A stretch of 64,000 nt of DNA, taken from NCBI GenBank assembly GCA_903789615.1, contig CAIFEV010000009.1:3296-67295 (forward strand), in the 5' to 3' direction. A program made the position numbers and the translations under genes. Position 1 is the stretch's first letter, and every line of letters starts with the position of its first letter. Below, in pieces: positions 9,684 to 19,228 of the stretch. Below the pieces are notes generated by a model, which searched no databases, had not been told where the DNA came from, and was given only the letters and a program-made list of their open reading frames with translations. The stretch comes from an uncultured Lachnospiraceae bacterium. Lineage in GTDB: Bacteria > Bacillota > Clostridia > Lachnospirales > Lachnospiraceae.

Positions 9684-10967
9684 ATGAGCCAGACAACCAT
9701 CTGTCTGATGATTTTTGTATTCATGATCGTGATCTTCTTCGTGAAGAAGATTCCGATGTCCTTCAGCGCCATGCTGGTGGTCCTTCTGCTGGTATTCACC
9801 GGTTGCGTGGAGGCAAAGGACGCCCTGGCATCCTTCGCCAGCAACACAGTCATCACCATGGCGTCCATGTTCGTTGTCGCTGCAGGACTGACGCGCACAC
9901 AGATGATCAACAAGATCTCGTCACTGCTCTACAAGGTGACGGAAGGATCATTCACCAAGGTTCTCGCGACGTATGTCCTCATCACCTGCCTTCTCGGGCA
10001 GTTCGTCCCGAGCATCGTGGCGCTTTTCGCTCTGGTATATCCGCTGGTTCAGAACATGTGCGACCGCATGAAGATCAGCCCGTCCAAGATGATGTTCCCG
10101 GTCGCCATTGCATCGGTCTCGACGGCATTTATCATTGAGCCGATCGGACCGTATGCGGCGTGGTATGTGACACAGAACGGCTACCTGGAGTCCTACGGCT
10201 GGACGGCCACAAAGCTAGGCATGTGGAGTGAGACTTCGGTTCTGCTGCCGGTCGGCATTGTCACGATTCTGCTGGCGATTTTTGTCGTGCCCAGACTCCT
10301 TCCGGATCAGCCGGATGTGCCGGTCGCTGCGGCATCCAACGCCCGGAAGCTTCAGGAGAAGGAGCCACTGTCGCCGGTGCGCGAGTTCCTCGGCTATGCG
10401 GTCTTTATCGCCGTCATCATCGGCCTCATGGCCGGGCTCACAAGCTGGGAAGTGACGCTGGCCGGCGCCGTCGTTCTGGTCGTGAGCGGCGTGCTCACCG
10501 AGCGGGAGGCGGTTGAGAATCTGAATATGCCGACAATTCTTCTTTACGTCGGTGTTACAGTGCTCGGAACCGGTCTTGCGAACACCGGCGCCGCGGACAC
10601 GCTGGGCGGATGGCTCGGCAGTGCGCTGGGAAGCGTACACAGCGGATATGTTATCAACCTTGCGTTCTATGCCGTCGCATTTATCATGACATCGCTTCTT
10701 TACAACCGTGCGGTCAGCACCGTTCTGGTTCCGCTGGCTGTAATCGCCTGCGGCTCCATGGGCTGTGACCCGAGAGGTCCGGTGATCATGTGCGCACTGG
10801 CTTCCATGTCTTCGCTCATCACGCCACTCTCGACAGCCGTTGTGCCGATGGCGATGAACGCCGGCGGCTACAGCATGAAGACGATCTTCAAGGCCGGCAT
10901 TGTACCCGGCATCATCCGCGGTCTCATCGGAGCCGCTCTGGCGACGTTGTTCTTCCCGACGTTCTGA
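9684..10967 (+). CDS. SLC13/ArsB-NhaD-superfamily permease (anion/carboxylate transporter-like)
   Basis: 427 aa and polytopic. The sequence pattern is like CitMHS/SLC13 permeases. Substrate is unknown. Confidence 0.7.
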   Translation: MSQTTICLMIFVFMIVIFFVKKIPMSFSAMLVVLLLVFTGCVEAKDALASFASNTVITMASMFVVAAGLTRTQMINKISSLLYKVTEGSFTKVLATYVLITCLLGQFVPSIVALFALVYPLVQNMCDRMKISPSKMMFPVAIASVSTAFIIEPIGPYAAWYVTQNGYLESYGWTATKLGMWSETSVLLPVGIVTILLAIFVVPRLLPDQPDVPVAAASNARKLQEKEPLSPVREFLGYAVFIAVIIGLMAGLTSWEVTLAGAVVLVVSGVLTEREAVENLNMPTILLYVGVTVLGTGLANTGAADTLGGWLGSALGSVHSGYVINLAFYAVAFIMTSLLYNRAVSTVLVPLAVIACGSMGCDPRGPVIMCALASMSSLITPLSTAVVPMAMNAGGYSMKTIFKAGIVPGIIRGLIGAALATLFFPTF

Positions 10968-11064
10968 CCATATCGCAGCAGCATATTTTAACGCCGCCCC
11001 CGCAGGACAAAGTGGTTCTGCCCGGGGCGGCGCTTTTCGTCCTAAATCGATCAGGAGGATACAT

Positions 11065-12570
11065 ATGAACCGTATGATTGTCTGCCCAAAATATTTTTGG
11101 GACGGAATTTCCGACACGGCGCGCAGGAACTGCGCGCTGGTCATAGAAGACGGGATCGTAAAGAAAATTGTCCGCGCGGATGAAGCTGCGCGGATGGCGG
11201 GCGGAAATACCGCCGTGCTGCGGAATGAAAGCTGGCTTCTGCTCCCCGCATTTGTCGACGCACATGATCACGGGAGGGGCGTGACCCCGAGTTCCATGAG
11301 TGTGCCGGATCAGGCGCTGGAGGTGTGGCTGCAGGATCTGAACAAACTGGCACCGATTCCGCACGAGACGGCCTGCTTTTTTGACGGCGTGCGGATGGCG
11401 GCATCCGGCGTGGGGACCGTTCTGCACAGTCACAACCCGAACAGCTTTGCCGACATGGCAGAGGAACTGGCGGCGGCTGAGAAAGGATACAGGGCGGCAG
11501 GGCTGCGCAGCATTCTCTGCCCGCTTTACATTGATCAGAACAAGAGGATCTATTACGGGCGTGACGCCTTTGTATCCGGTCTCCCGGAACCTCTCAGGAG
11601 CCGGTTCACAGCAGGGATTCATGACCGGATTATGACACTTGACGAATATTTTGCGCTGATTGAAGAAGTGTCGGAGCGGCTTGAGGACGACATCCGGGCG
11701 GGATGGACACAGATCCAGCTGCATCCCAATGGCGGGCAATGGTGCAGTGACGAGGCACTGCTGGCGATGAAGGAATATGCGCTTGCCCGCGGAATGCATG
11801 TACATCTTCACCTGCTCGAGACGAAATATCAGGCGGAGTACGCCAGGAGAACCTGGGGGAAGAGCTTCATAGCCCACTACCGGGATATCGGATTCCTGGG
11901 TCCGTGGGTATCGTTTGCACATGCGGTATGGCTTACGGATGAGGATCTTCAGATGATACGGGAGAGCGGCGCCGTTCTGGTGAACAATGCATCGTCCAAT
12001 CTCCGGCTGCGCAGCGGGACGTTTCGTCTGCGGGAGGTACAGGATATGGACCTGACAGCGGGAATCGGAATGGACGGCTGTACGATCGATGATGACCAGG
12101 ACTTTCTGCGCGAGATGCGGATGGCGTGGCTGAATAACCGACAGACGGGAGTGGACGCCGGGATCGATCCGCACTTCATTCTGCGCATGGCAACTTCAAA
12201 AGGAGCGAGAATTGCCACACAGCCGCTCTCCGAAGGAATCCTGGCACCGGGACATCACGCAGACTTCGTGTGCCTGAATCTGGACAGGCTGTACGCACCG
12301 TATACGGATCCGGAAAGCGACCCGCTGGCGATGACGGTGCAGAGAGCCACACGCTCTTGTGTTGACTATACATTTGTAAACGGTGAGCAGAGCTTCGGAA
12401 CGGGAGAGCCGTGGCAGACCCGGGAGACGGAGGCCGCACGCAGGATCCGGGACTGCCTGATCCGCCTCAGGAAGGATGGAACATGGAAACGGGACAACTC
12501 GGAAATCCTGCGCTATGTGCGTGACTATTACAGAAAAAACTGCGGGGAGGAAGGGCAGAGGGAAGCTTAA
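11065..12570 (+). CDS. Metal-dependent amidohydrolase (cytosine/guanine deaminase-like superfamily)
   Basis: ATG at 11065 follows CAGGAGGA. LLPAFVDAHDHGRG is the HxH-type metal motif. Later HLHLLE and DGCTIDDD motifs are present. Confidence 0.8.
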   Translation: MNRMIVCPKYFWDGISDTARRNCALVIEDGIVKKIVRADEAARMAGGNTAVLRNESWLLLPAFVDAHDHGRGVTPSSMSVPDQALEVWLQDLNKLAPIPHETACFFDGVRMAASGVGTVLHSHNPNSFADMAEELAAAEKGYRAAGLRSILCPLYIDQNKRIYYGRDAFVSGLPEPLRSRFTAGIHDRIMTLDEYFALIEEVSERLEDDIRAGWTQIQLHPNGGQWCSDEALLAMKEYALARGMHVHLHLLETKYQAEYARRTWGKSFIAHYRDIGFLGPWVSFAHAVWLTDEDLQMIRESGAVLVNNASSNLRLRSGTFRLREVQDMDLTAGIGMDGCTIDDDQDFLREMRMAWLNNRQTGVDAGIDPHFILRMATSKGARIATQPLSEGILAPGHHADFVCLNLDRLYAPYTDPESDPLAMTVQRATRSCVDYTFVNGEQSFGTGEPWQTRETEAARRIRDCLIRLRKDGTWKRDNSEILRYVRDYYRKNCGEEGQREA

Positions 12571-12612
12571 TGAATCCTGAATGAATTCTGGATTACCCTG
12601 GTTCACGGCGCA

Positions 12613-12959
12613 CATCGGAAACCCCGGTTATGAGGGGAACCCGATGACATCCTGCTTTCTTTCCGGAAAGGGCAGCATCGGGGAAACGACTTGGTATGCA
12701 TTTCCGGGGACAAATTCATACCCCTGCGGGGTGAGGTGCAACGAAATAACAATCCTCTTGATTTCCGTTGCACTTTTAATCCGTTTTCAGGAAGACAGGC
12801 AACGAAAACAAATTTTCTTATGATTTCCGTTGCACTTTTCTCTTGATTTTTGAAAAAAGTGCAACGGAATCAGCATTTTCCATTGATTTCGTTGCACTCC
12901 TGTCAAAATCAGGGCAAAAAGTGCAACGGAATTCGAACATTTTCCGAATCCCGTTGCAC
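12613..12959. repeat. Hairpin-repeat array A: 2 CATCGG-type units plus 4 GTGCAACGGAAT/ATTCCGTTGCAC units, about 61-62 bp period
   Basis: Hairpins lie at 12613-12646, about 12675-12710, 12736-12773, 12798-12835, 12858-12898 and 12920-12959. No credible ORF is present. The array lies between convergent genes. Confidence 0.85.
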
Positions 12960-13071
12960 CCGTGACCCTTGGCAGGGGAAAGGCATAAACCACAGTTCCC
13001 GATGCCGCTCTAAAATTCCCTATGCGCTGCAAAATCCGATTCGCCACCGCGCATAAGGAGGGCTTCCATCC

Positions 13072-14697
13072 TCACACGTTCCCGTATACCAGCTTCCCGT
13101 TCATGAAGGTGGCCTCAACGGGGATGTCTTTCAGGTGTTCGGCGGGGACGTCAAACGGGTTTTCGCCGAGGATGACGAAGTCGGCCATGAAGCCGGGGGC
13201 GATGCGTCCCTTCACGTTTTCCTCAAAGCTTGCTTCGGCACTTTTGATCGTGTAGCTGTCCAGAATCTCCTGAACCGTGAAGGCTTCCTCCGGGCGGTAC
13301 GGGCCCAGCTGTCCGTCAAGCGTGCGGCGGGTCACGCCGCACTGCATGCAGGCGAGCGCGTCCGGGAGCTCGACCGGGCAGTCGGTGCCGTTGGAGACAG
13401 AGACGCCTGCATCTGAGAGCGTCTTCCAGGCGTAGCTGGTGGAGGCAAGCTCGTCTCCGACGCGTTCATGGATCATGTGAATGTCATAGTTCAGGAAGAT
13501 GCTCTGCATATAGACGTGCAGATTCATGTCTGTGATACGCCGGAGCTGTTCGGGACGCGTCACCTGACAGTGGACGATGCCGCAGCGGTGGTCAGCGCGC
13601 GGGTGCGCGGCAAATGCCTTCTCGTAGGCGTCAAGCACCATGTCAAGGCATGCGTCGCCGATTGCGTGAACCGCCACCTGCATGCCGTGCTCATTGGCAA
13701 AGCCGATCATCGCGTCAAATGTCTCCTGGTCAAAGAGCGGGTAGCCGCTCGTGGACGGATCGTCGGCATAGGGGCGCGAGAGGTAAGCCGTGCGGGCGCC
13801 AAGCGCTCCGTCGCCCAGCATCTTGAGCGGACCGATCTTGAAATTGTCCGTGCCCGCGCCGGTCGTGCAGCCTGATCCGTAAAACTCCTTCAGATCGGCA
13901 AGCGTCGTGAAGTTGCTCTGCTCGTAGATGCGGACCGTCAGCTCGCCTTCTTCTTCCAGCTCCCGGTAGGCCTCATTAACCGTCTGCCACGGGACAGCCC
14001 GGAACATGCAGTAGTCGTCCGTCTGGCTGCTGGTGACGCCGTAGCGGTTGAGCTGCCGGCAGGCAGCTTTGATCATCTCTTTTATTTCCGCCTTGTCCGG
14101 GACCGGGATCTTCGGGTACACATACTCGTCCATCGCGTTGTCCGAGAAGATACCGTTCAGGTGACCGTTCTCGTCGCGTCCGATGGCGCCGCCCTCCGGG
14201 TCCGGTGTGCTGTCTGTAACGCCCAGAAGCTCCAGCGCCTTTGAGTTCACGCAGAGAATGTGCCCGCAGGCGCGCGTCATGCACATCGGGACCTCCGTGC
14301 TCACCTGATCCAGGTCGTGACAGGTGGGCATCCGGTGCACGTCATCAAAGTAGTCCTGATTCCAGCCGCGCCCGGACAGCCAGCTTCCGTTTTTTCTCGG
14401 GTGCTCCTGCAGGAAGTCTCTCAGATAGGCGAGCATTCCCGAGAGACTCTCGGTGTGCTCGTCAAGCCGGGCAGCTCTCAGCGCGTTTCCGTACGCCAGC
14501 AGGTGCATGTGGCTGTCGTTAAACGCCGCCATGACAAATCTGCCCTTAAGGTCCACCTTTTCGCCGTCCGGCGCCGCCGCCAGCACTTCACTGTCACTTC
14601 CCGCGGCGAGGATTTTGCCGCCCTCCGTCACAAATCCCGTGACGAGGGGCAGCGTTCCTGTATATACATTCCCGTTATAATAAACTATCCTGCTCAT
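13072..14697 (-). CDS. Amidohydrolase-3 family protein (YtcJ-like)
   Basis: 541 aa. FNDSHMHLL is the metal motif and AVHAIGD is present. The start overlaps the symporter stop by 4 nt, so the two form an operon. Confidence 0.85.
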   Translation of the reverse strand: MSRIVYYNGNVYTGTLPLVTGFVTEGGKILAAGSDSEVLAAAPDGEKVDLKGRFVMAAFNDSHMHLLAYGNALRAARLDEHTESLSGMLAYLRDFLQEHPRKNGSWLSGRGWNQDYFDDVHRMPTCHDLDQVSTEVPMCMTRACGHILCVNSKALELLGVTDSTPDPEGGAIGRDENGHLNGIFSDNAMDEYVYPKIPVPDKAEIKEMIKAACRQLNRYGVTSSQTDDYCMFRAVPWQTVNEAYRELEEEGELTVRIYEQSNFTTLADLKEFYGSGCTTGAGTDNFKIGPLKMLGDGALGARTAYLSRPYADDPSTSGYPLFDQETFDAMIGFANEHGMQVAVHAIGDACLDMVLDAYEKAFAAHPRADHRCGIVHCQVTRPEQLRRITDMNLHVYMQSIFLNYDIHMIHERVGDELASTSYAWKTLSDAGVSVSNGTDCPVELPDALACMQCGVTRRTLDGQLGPYRPEEAFTVQEILDSYTIKSAEASFEENVKGRIAPGFMADFVILGENPFDVPAEHLKDIPVEATFMNGKLVYGNV

Positions 14698-16187
14698 CTG
14701 CTTTCCTTTACCACCTTATCCTCATAGAACAGCGGCATATCCGGATCAACCTTGCCGATACCGAACTTTCTGGCCTTGAAGTCCTTAAGAAGACGGAAAT
14801 ACGTTCCCGAGAGAACGACGATCGTGAACACGTTGACAAATGTCGGAACCGCCGACGTGATGTCGACGATGGTCCAGATGAAGCCCTGGTTGTTGGTCTT
14901 GACCAGATAAATGGTCCACAGCAGACCCGGAAGCGCGCGGCACGCGTAGAAGATCTTGTGCAGGATCCGGTTGAACTTCGTGTCTTTGCGGCCCATGTGG
15001 CTTAAGATCGCCAGATAATAGGTGAACCAGCCGCCGGATGTGGTGCAGGTGAAGATGATCATGATCACGGAGAGCAGGATGCTGCCGATGAGACCAAAAC
15101 TGGATTGGAATGCGGAGATGGCGAGCGTTCCGCCGTTGGTGCCGTTGGTCCACTGACCTGACAGGAGAATGGAGATACCGGTGATGGAGCAGACGATGAA
15201 GGTGTCGAAGAATACCTCAAAGGAGCCCCAGATTCCCTGCTCGACCGGGTGCGGCGTTCTGGCCGACGAGTGGATCATCGGAGAAGTACCCCAGCCGGCT
15301 TCGTTGGAGTAAACCGAACGGGTCACGCCGGTGCGGATCATGGAAGAAACCGTGGCGCCAGCAAAACCGCCCACGGCTGCGCGGCCGGTGAAGGCGTCGT
15401 GGAAGATGGATCCGAAGACGGTGGGAACATTTTCCACATTGGCGAAGATCATGGCAATTCCCATGAGAAGATAGAGAATGCTCATGAACGGAACGAGTTT
15501 GGAGAATATGGAGGCGATCTTTTCGACACCGCCGTCGGTGATGATGTAGTCGATGATTGTGATGACAACACCCACAAGGATAATGCCTTCGATACTCAGG
15601 CTTCCGATATGAACCGAGCCGAGGTTAAAGGCGCCGGCCACAACCTGTGATGCGGTGAGGGTGGAGGAGGTCACGAAGTAGGTGCTGAAGATGCCGATGC
15701 CGAAGATGACAGCCGGGATCTTCCAGGCCTTCCCCCAGTGCTTTTCCTGACCGAGGCCGTACTCCATGTAGTAGGTCGGACCGCCGGTAGTGGTGCCGTC
15801 AGCTCTCTTGTGACGGTAGTACAGGCCGAGCGTAACTTCGACCTGCTTGATGATCATGCCGAGCAGCGCGCTCATCCACATCCAGAAGATGGCACCCGCG
15901 CCGCCCGCAGCGACAGCGGTTGCGACACCGGCGATGTTGCCGAAGCCTACGGTCCCGCCGATGGCAGTTGAGATCGCCTGGAACGGCGTGATGGTTCCGG
16001 CTTTTGTCTCATCGGCGTTGGCCTTGCCGGTGAAGATCTTTCCGATGGTGTTCTTCATGATGAAGCCGAAATGGCGGATCTGGAAGAACCGGGAGCGCAC
16101 GGTGAAGTAGATGCCGGCGCCGATGATGAGGACGAGCAGCGGGGTACCCCATAAAACGCCGTCCAGCCAGCCAAGGAATTGAATCAT
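14694..16187 (-). CDS. Alanine/glycine:cation symporter (AGCS) family transporter
   Basis: The segment TPFQAISTAIGGTVGFGNIAGVATAVAAGGAGAIFWMW is typical of AGCS family members. RBS AAAGGAGGAAAA lies upstream. Confidence 0.88.
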   Translation of the reverse strand: MIQFLGWLDGVLWGTPLLVLIIGAGIYFTVRSRFFQIRHFGFIMKNTIGKIFTGKANADETKAGTITPFQAISTAIGGTVGFGNIAGVATAVAAGGAGAIFWMWMSALLGMIIKQVEVTLGLYYRHKRADGTTTGGPTYYMEYGLGQEKHWGKAWKIPAVIFGIGIFSTYFVTSSTLTASQVVAGAFNLGSVHIGSLSIEGIILVGVVITIIDYIITDGGVEKIASIFSKLVPFMSILYLLMGIAMIFANVENVPTVFGSIFHDAFTGRAAVGGFAGATVSSMIRTGVTRSVYSNEAGWGTSPMIHSSARTPHPVEQGIWGSFEVFFDTFIVCSITGISILLSGQWTNGTNGGTLAISAFQSSFGLIGSILLSVIMIIFTCTTSGGWFTYYLAILSHMGRKDTKFNRILHKIFYACRALPGLLWTIYLVKTNNQGFIWTIVDITSAVPTFVNVFTIVVLSGTYFRLLKDFKARKFGIGKVDPDMPLFYEDKVVKESR

Positions 16188-16292
16188 ACAGTTTTCCTCC
16201 TTTGAATAAATGTTCCTGTATGGTTTGCCGCGGCTGCCCTTCTGCCGCCGCGGTATCTGTGTGAGAGAAAGAAGGAAGGAGAAACTGTAAAT

Positions 16293-16327
16293 AAAAAAGG
16301 ACCTGCATGCCGCTAAAGCATACAGAT
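16293..16327 (-). terminator. Leader terminator (expression platform of the candidate riboswitch)
   Basis: On the minus strand, AUCUGUAUGC-UUUAGCG-GCAUGCAGGU forms a 10-bp stem including G-U pairs, followed by CCUUUUUUAUUU. It lies about 105 nt upstream of the symporter start. Confidence 0.6.
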
Positions 16328-16343
16328 CTTCTTCATCTATGCC

Positions 16344-16504
16344 AATAGCGCCTCTTCATATGGAAATGAAGGAGTGACAGGGATGTTGTCCTCTGCCCCC
16401 ACGAAAGCCTCCTGCCGGGGATTTCCGTTCGGCGGTGATTACCTTTCAGCAGCTTCAAAGCCTGCCGGCTCAACTGTTTACTCTTCTGCACCGCAGCCTC
16501 TATT
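16344..16504 (-). promoter_or_regulatory. Candidate lysine (L-box) riboswitch aptamer
   Basis: The minus-strand RNA carries the L-box hallmark strings in the expected order. These are AAUAGAGGCUGCGG, GAAGAGUAAACAG, CUGCUGAAAGG, CACCGCCGAAC, CCCUGUCAC and GAAGAGGCGCUAUU. P1 would be AAUAG/CUAUU and P2 closure GCGGUG/CACCGC. P3 looks unusually short, so the call is uncertain. Confidence 0.45.
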
Positions 16505-16643
16505 CTCTCAGACAGACTAATTATAAAAAGAAAGTGAAGTTTGTCAAGAAAAATATGGAAAATGTTTCCGCGCTTTGACAGGGGACGCGTGGCATTGTAA
16601 GATGGAAGTACTTACAAACAGGACAGAAAAGAGGTATGGACAC

Positions 16644-17750
16644 GTGAAAACAAGACCGATCGGGTATGCCGTCGAGGCCTGTGAGATGATGATGGACCGC
16701 TTCGCGCCGCAGGATCTGCCGCCGAAGGGGCATTTTCACTATCATCAGGGCGTTTTTCTCTCCGGCATGGAGAAGACATACAGGCTCTGTAACGATGAGC
16801 GGTATATGACGTACATCCGGGACTGGGTGGAGAGCTGCCTGGAGAGCGACCGGATGCCGGCAGATGCCAATCCCACGGAACTTGATGACATTCAGCCGGC
16901 CATTCTGCTGTTTCGGATCATGGATTGGAACGGCGACAGGTCGTACGAAAAGCTTTTGGAGTATTTTTCCGTGATTCTGCGCAACTTCCCGACAACATCC
17001 GAGGGCGGCCTCTGGCACAAAGGGCGCGACCCGCAGCAGATGTGGCTTGACGGCATGTACATGTCCGGTCCGTTCTTTGCAGAGTACGGAAAAAGGTACG
17101 GCCGGCCGGATTATCTGGAGGCAGTCGCCCGCGAGGCCATTCTCATGCGCAAACACTGCGAGGACCCGGAGACGGGGCTGTATTATCACGCCTGGGACGA
17201 GTCAAAGAAGGCTCCGTGGGCGGATCCGGAAACCGGGCGCTCGCCGGAGTTCTGGTGCCGTGCCATCGGCTGGGTTCCGGTTGCACTTCTGGACGATCTG
17301 GAGTTCATGGACGAAAACGCGCCTTATGTTCCGGAGCTGCGCAAGATGACGACGGATCTGCTTGATGCGCTTCTTACCTTTCAGACGGAGAGCGGTTTCT
17401 GGTACCAGATTGTCGACAAGGCAGACGATCCGGAAAACTGGCCGGAGACAAGCTCGACCTGCCTCTACGCGGCCGCGATGAGCAAGGCCATCCGGCTGGG
17501 ACTTGCGGAAGGGGAGCGGGAGAAGGCGTACAGACGGTCCATCCGCCGCGCTTTTGACGCCGTGACCGGAAATCTCACATACGATGCGGACGGCCACGTG
17601 CAGATCTCCGGCGTGTGCATCGGCACCGGCGTCATGGATTACGCTTCCTATCTGAAGCGCCCGACCTCGACCAACGACCTTCACGGCGTCGGCGCATATC
17701 TGCTCATGTGTGAGGAAGCGGAGCAGATCTGGGACGGAATGACAGAGTGA
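16644..17750 (+). CDS. Glycosyl hydrolase family 88/105 (unsaturated glucuronyl/rhamnogalacturonyl hydrolase, YteR-like)
   Basis: The blocks HYHQGVFLSGM, LDDIQPAILLF, WLDGMYM and YYHAWDES are YteR-like. The preferred start is GTG at 16644, 9 nt after AAAGAGG. The track start at 16575 has no RBS. Confidence 0.8.
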   Translation: MKTRPIGYAVEACEMMMDRFAPQDLPPKGHFHYHQGVFLSGMEKTYRLCNDERYMTYIRDWVESCLESDRMPADANPTELDDIQPAILLFRIMDWNGDRSYEKLLEYFSVILRNFPTTSEGGLWHKGRDPQQMWLDGMYMSGPFFAEYGKRYGRPDYLEAVAREAILMRKHCEDPETGLYYHAWDESKKAPWADPETGRSPEFWCRAIGWVPVALLDDLEFMDENAPYVPELRKMTTDLLDALLTFQTESGFWYQIVDKADDPENWPETSSTCLYAAAMSKAIRLGLAEGEREKAYRRSIRRAFDAVTGNLTYDADGHVQISGVCIGTGVMDYASYLKRPTSTNDLHGVGAYLLMCEEAEQIWDGMTE

Positions 17751-17787
17751 GCGCATAATACGGCTGACAGAAAAACAAGAAAAAACA

Positions 17788-17818
17788 ACGCCCGGGGCCT
17801 TTGTCAGGCTCCGGGCGT
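17788..17818. terminator. Bidirectional terminator hairpin
   Basis: ACGCCCGGGGCC pairs with GGCTCCGGGCGT. An A-run precedes it and ATTTTA follows. It lies between convergent genes. Confidence 0.6.
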
Positions 17819-17821
17819 ATT

Positions 17822-19000
17822 TTAACTGTGATCCTCCAGGAATCTTACCGCGCACCGGGCGTACACGGCCGCGCCGATGGGAAGAGCGTTCTCATCGAAG
17901 AGGATCTTCGGGTTGTGATGCGTGATGTCCGGGCCGGCAAGGTTTCCGGTGCCGATGTTCAGGTAGATGCTCGGGACTTTCTCGGCGACGGCGGTGAAGT
18001 CCTCGGTCCCGCCGAATTCGTGGAGTTCCTTCACGGCAGTATCTCCCAGCATCTCCTTTATGTAGCCGGGGATGCAGCGGCACATCTCCGGATCGTTGTA
18101 AAGCGGCGGCATGCCGTACACAAAATCCACGTCAGCCGTGGCACGGAAGGTCGCCGCTATCCCTTCTGCAATCTCCTTCACCCGCTGCTTGAGGAAGCTG
18201 CGGCGTTCGGCAGACGCGGCCCGCACGGACACATCCAGCTGACAGGTCCCGGCCTCGGTGTTGCAGGAATCGCCGCCCTCGATGCGCCCCACGAGAACGA
18301 TCGAGCGCTCGGTGTTGGATACTTCCCGGGCGACGAGCTCCTCCAGCCCGGTCACGATGTGCGCCGCCACATTGATGGCGTCCACGCCCCTCTCCGGCGT
18401 GCTGCCGTGGGCATTCAGGCCGTGAACCGTAATTTTTATGTAATCCCCGGAAAACGTGGAATACTCTGCCTTATAGGTGATCAGGCCCACCTTCGAGTTC
18501 TCGCCGTGGCCGGTGCAGGTGTGCATACCCAGCGCCGCGTCTACGTGCGGATTTTCCAGCAGCCCGTTTTCGATCATCTCCGCCGCGCCGCCAAGGACCT
18601 CCTCGCCCGGCTGGAACATGAACTTCACCCGGCCCGCAAGCTCTTTTTCGTGCTTTTTCAGCAGCTTTGCCGCCGCGAGCAGCATCGCCGTGTGCAGGTC
18701 GTGCCCGCAGCTGTGGCACGAGGCACCCGTCGCCGCAAATGGCAGCCCGGACTCCTCCTTCATCGGCAGCGCGTCCATGTCGCCGCGCAGCAGGATCACC
18801 TTTCCGCCCTGCCCGGCCACGGCCGTCACGCCCGACTTCCCGCAGCGCTTCGGCTCATACCCGTATTCTTTAAGCTTCTCCATGACAAATGCAGACGTTT
18901 GAGGCAGGTCAAGTCCCAGCTCGGCGAACCGGTGAACGGTGCGCCGGTTCTCTACGATCTCCGCTTTCATTTCTTCTGCTTCTTTCAGGTAATCTGTCAT
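17822..19000 (-). CDS. M20-family amidohydrolase (N-acyl-amino-acid amidohydrolase / hippurate hydrolase-like)
   Basis: The start is ATG at 19000 (MTDYLKEAEE...), which follows GGAGGTG. LLRGDMDALP, SCGHDLH and FQPGEE are typical M20D blocks. Confidence 0.85.
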   Translation of the reverse strand: MTDYLKEAEEMKAEIVENRRTVHRFAELGLDLPQTSAFVMEKLKEYGYEPKRCGKSGVTAVAGQGGKVILLRGDMDALPMKEESGLPFAATGASCHSCGHDLHTAMLLAAAKLLKKHEKELAGRVKFMFQPGEEVLGGAAEMIENGLLENPHVDAALGMHTCTGHGENSKVGLITYKAEYSTFSGDYIKITVHGLNAHGSTPERGVDAINVAAHIVTGLEELVAREVSNTERSIVLVGRIEGGDSCNTEAGTCQLDVSVRAASAERRSFLKQRVKEIAEGIAATFRATADVDFVYGMPPLYNDPEMCRCIPGYIKEMLGDTAVKELHEFGGTEDFTAVAEKVPSIYLNIGTGNLAGPDITHHNPKILFDENALPIGAAVYARCAVRFLEDHS

Positions 19001-19228
19001 ACAGCACCTCCCGGAAATGGCGATTTCCACCGCCTCATACCAGATGAGGCGAAACTTCAAAGCCAACTGTAGCATCCGGCCGCAGGTGTGTCAAGGAACG
19101 CACCGCCGCGGTGAAGCGTAACGCGTTAATGCTTGAAAAATTCTAAAAACTGTGTTAACTTTATAGAAAATTTTCTGACGGCCGATGTGCGTTCCGGCCT
19201 GCGGAAAATACAAGCTGGAGGAATGTAC

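Noticed and set aside
12581-13056. Small ORFs (80, 86 and 68 aa) in the convergent intergenic gap.
   Set aside because: They overlap one another on both strands and consist of translated hairpin repeats. They lack RBSs.
16293-16520. Glycine riboswitch upstream of the AGCS symporter, which is the usual regulator of such transporters.
   Set aside because: I could not find the glycine hallmarks (GGAGAG...CACCGAAGGGGCAA...CUCAGGCAAAAGGAC). The strings present fit the lysine class better. This remains unverified without cmsearch.
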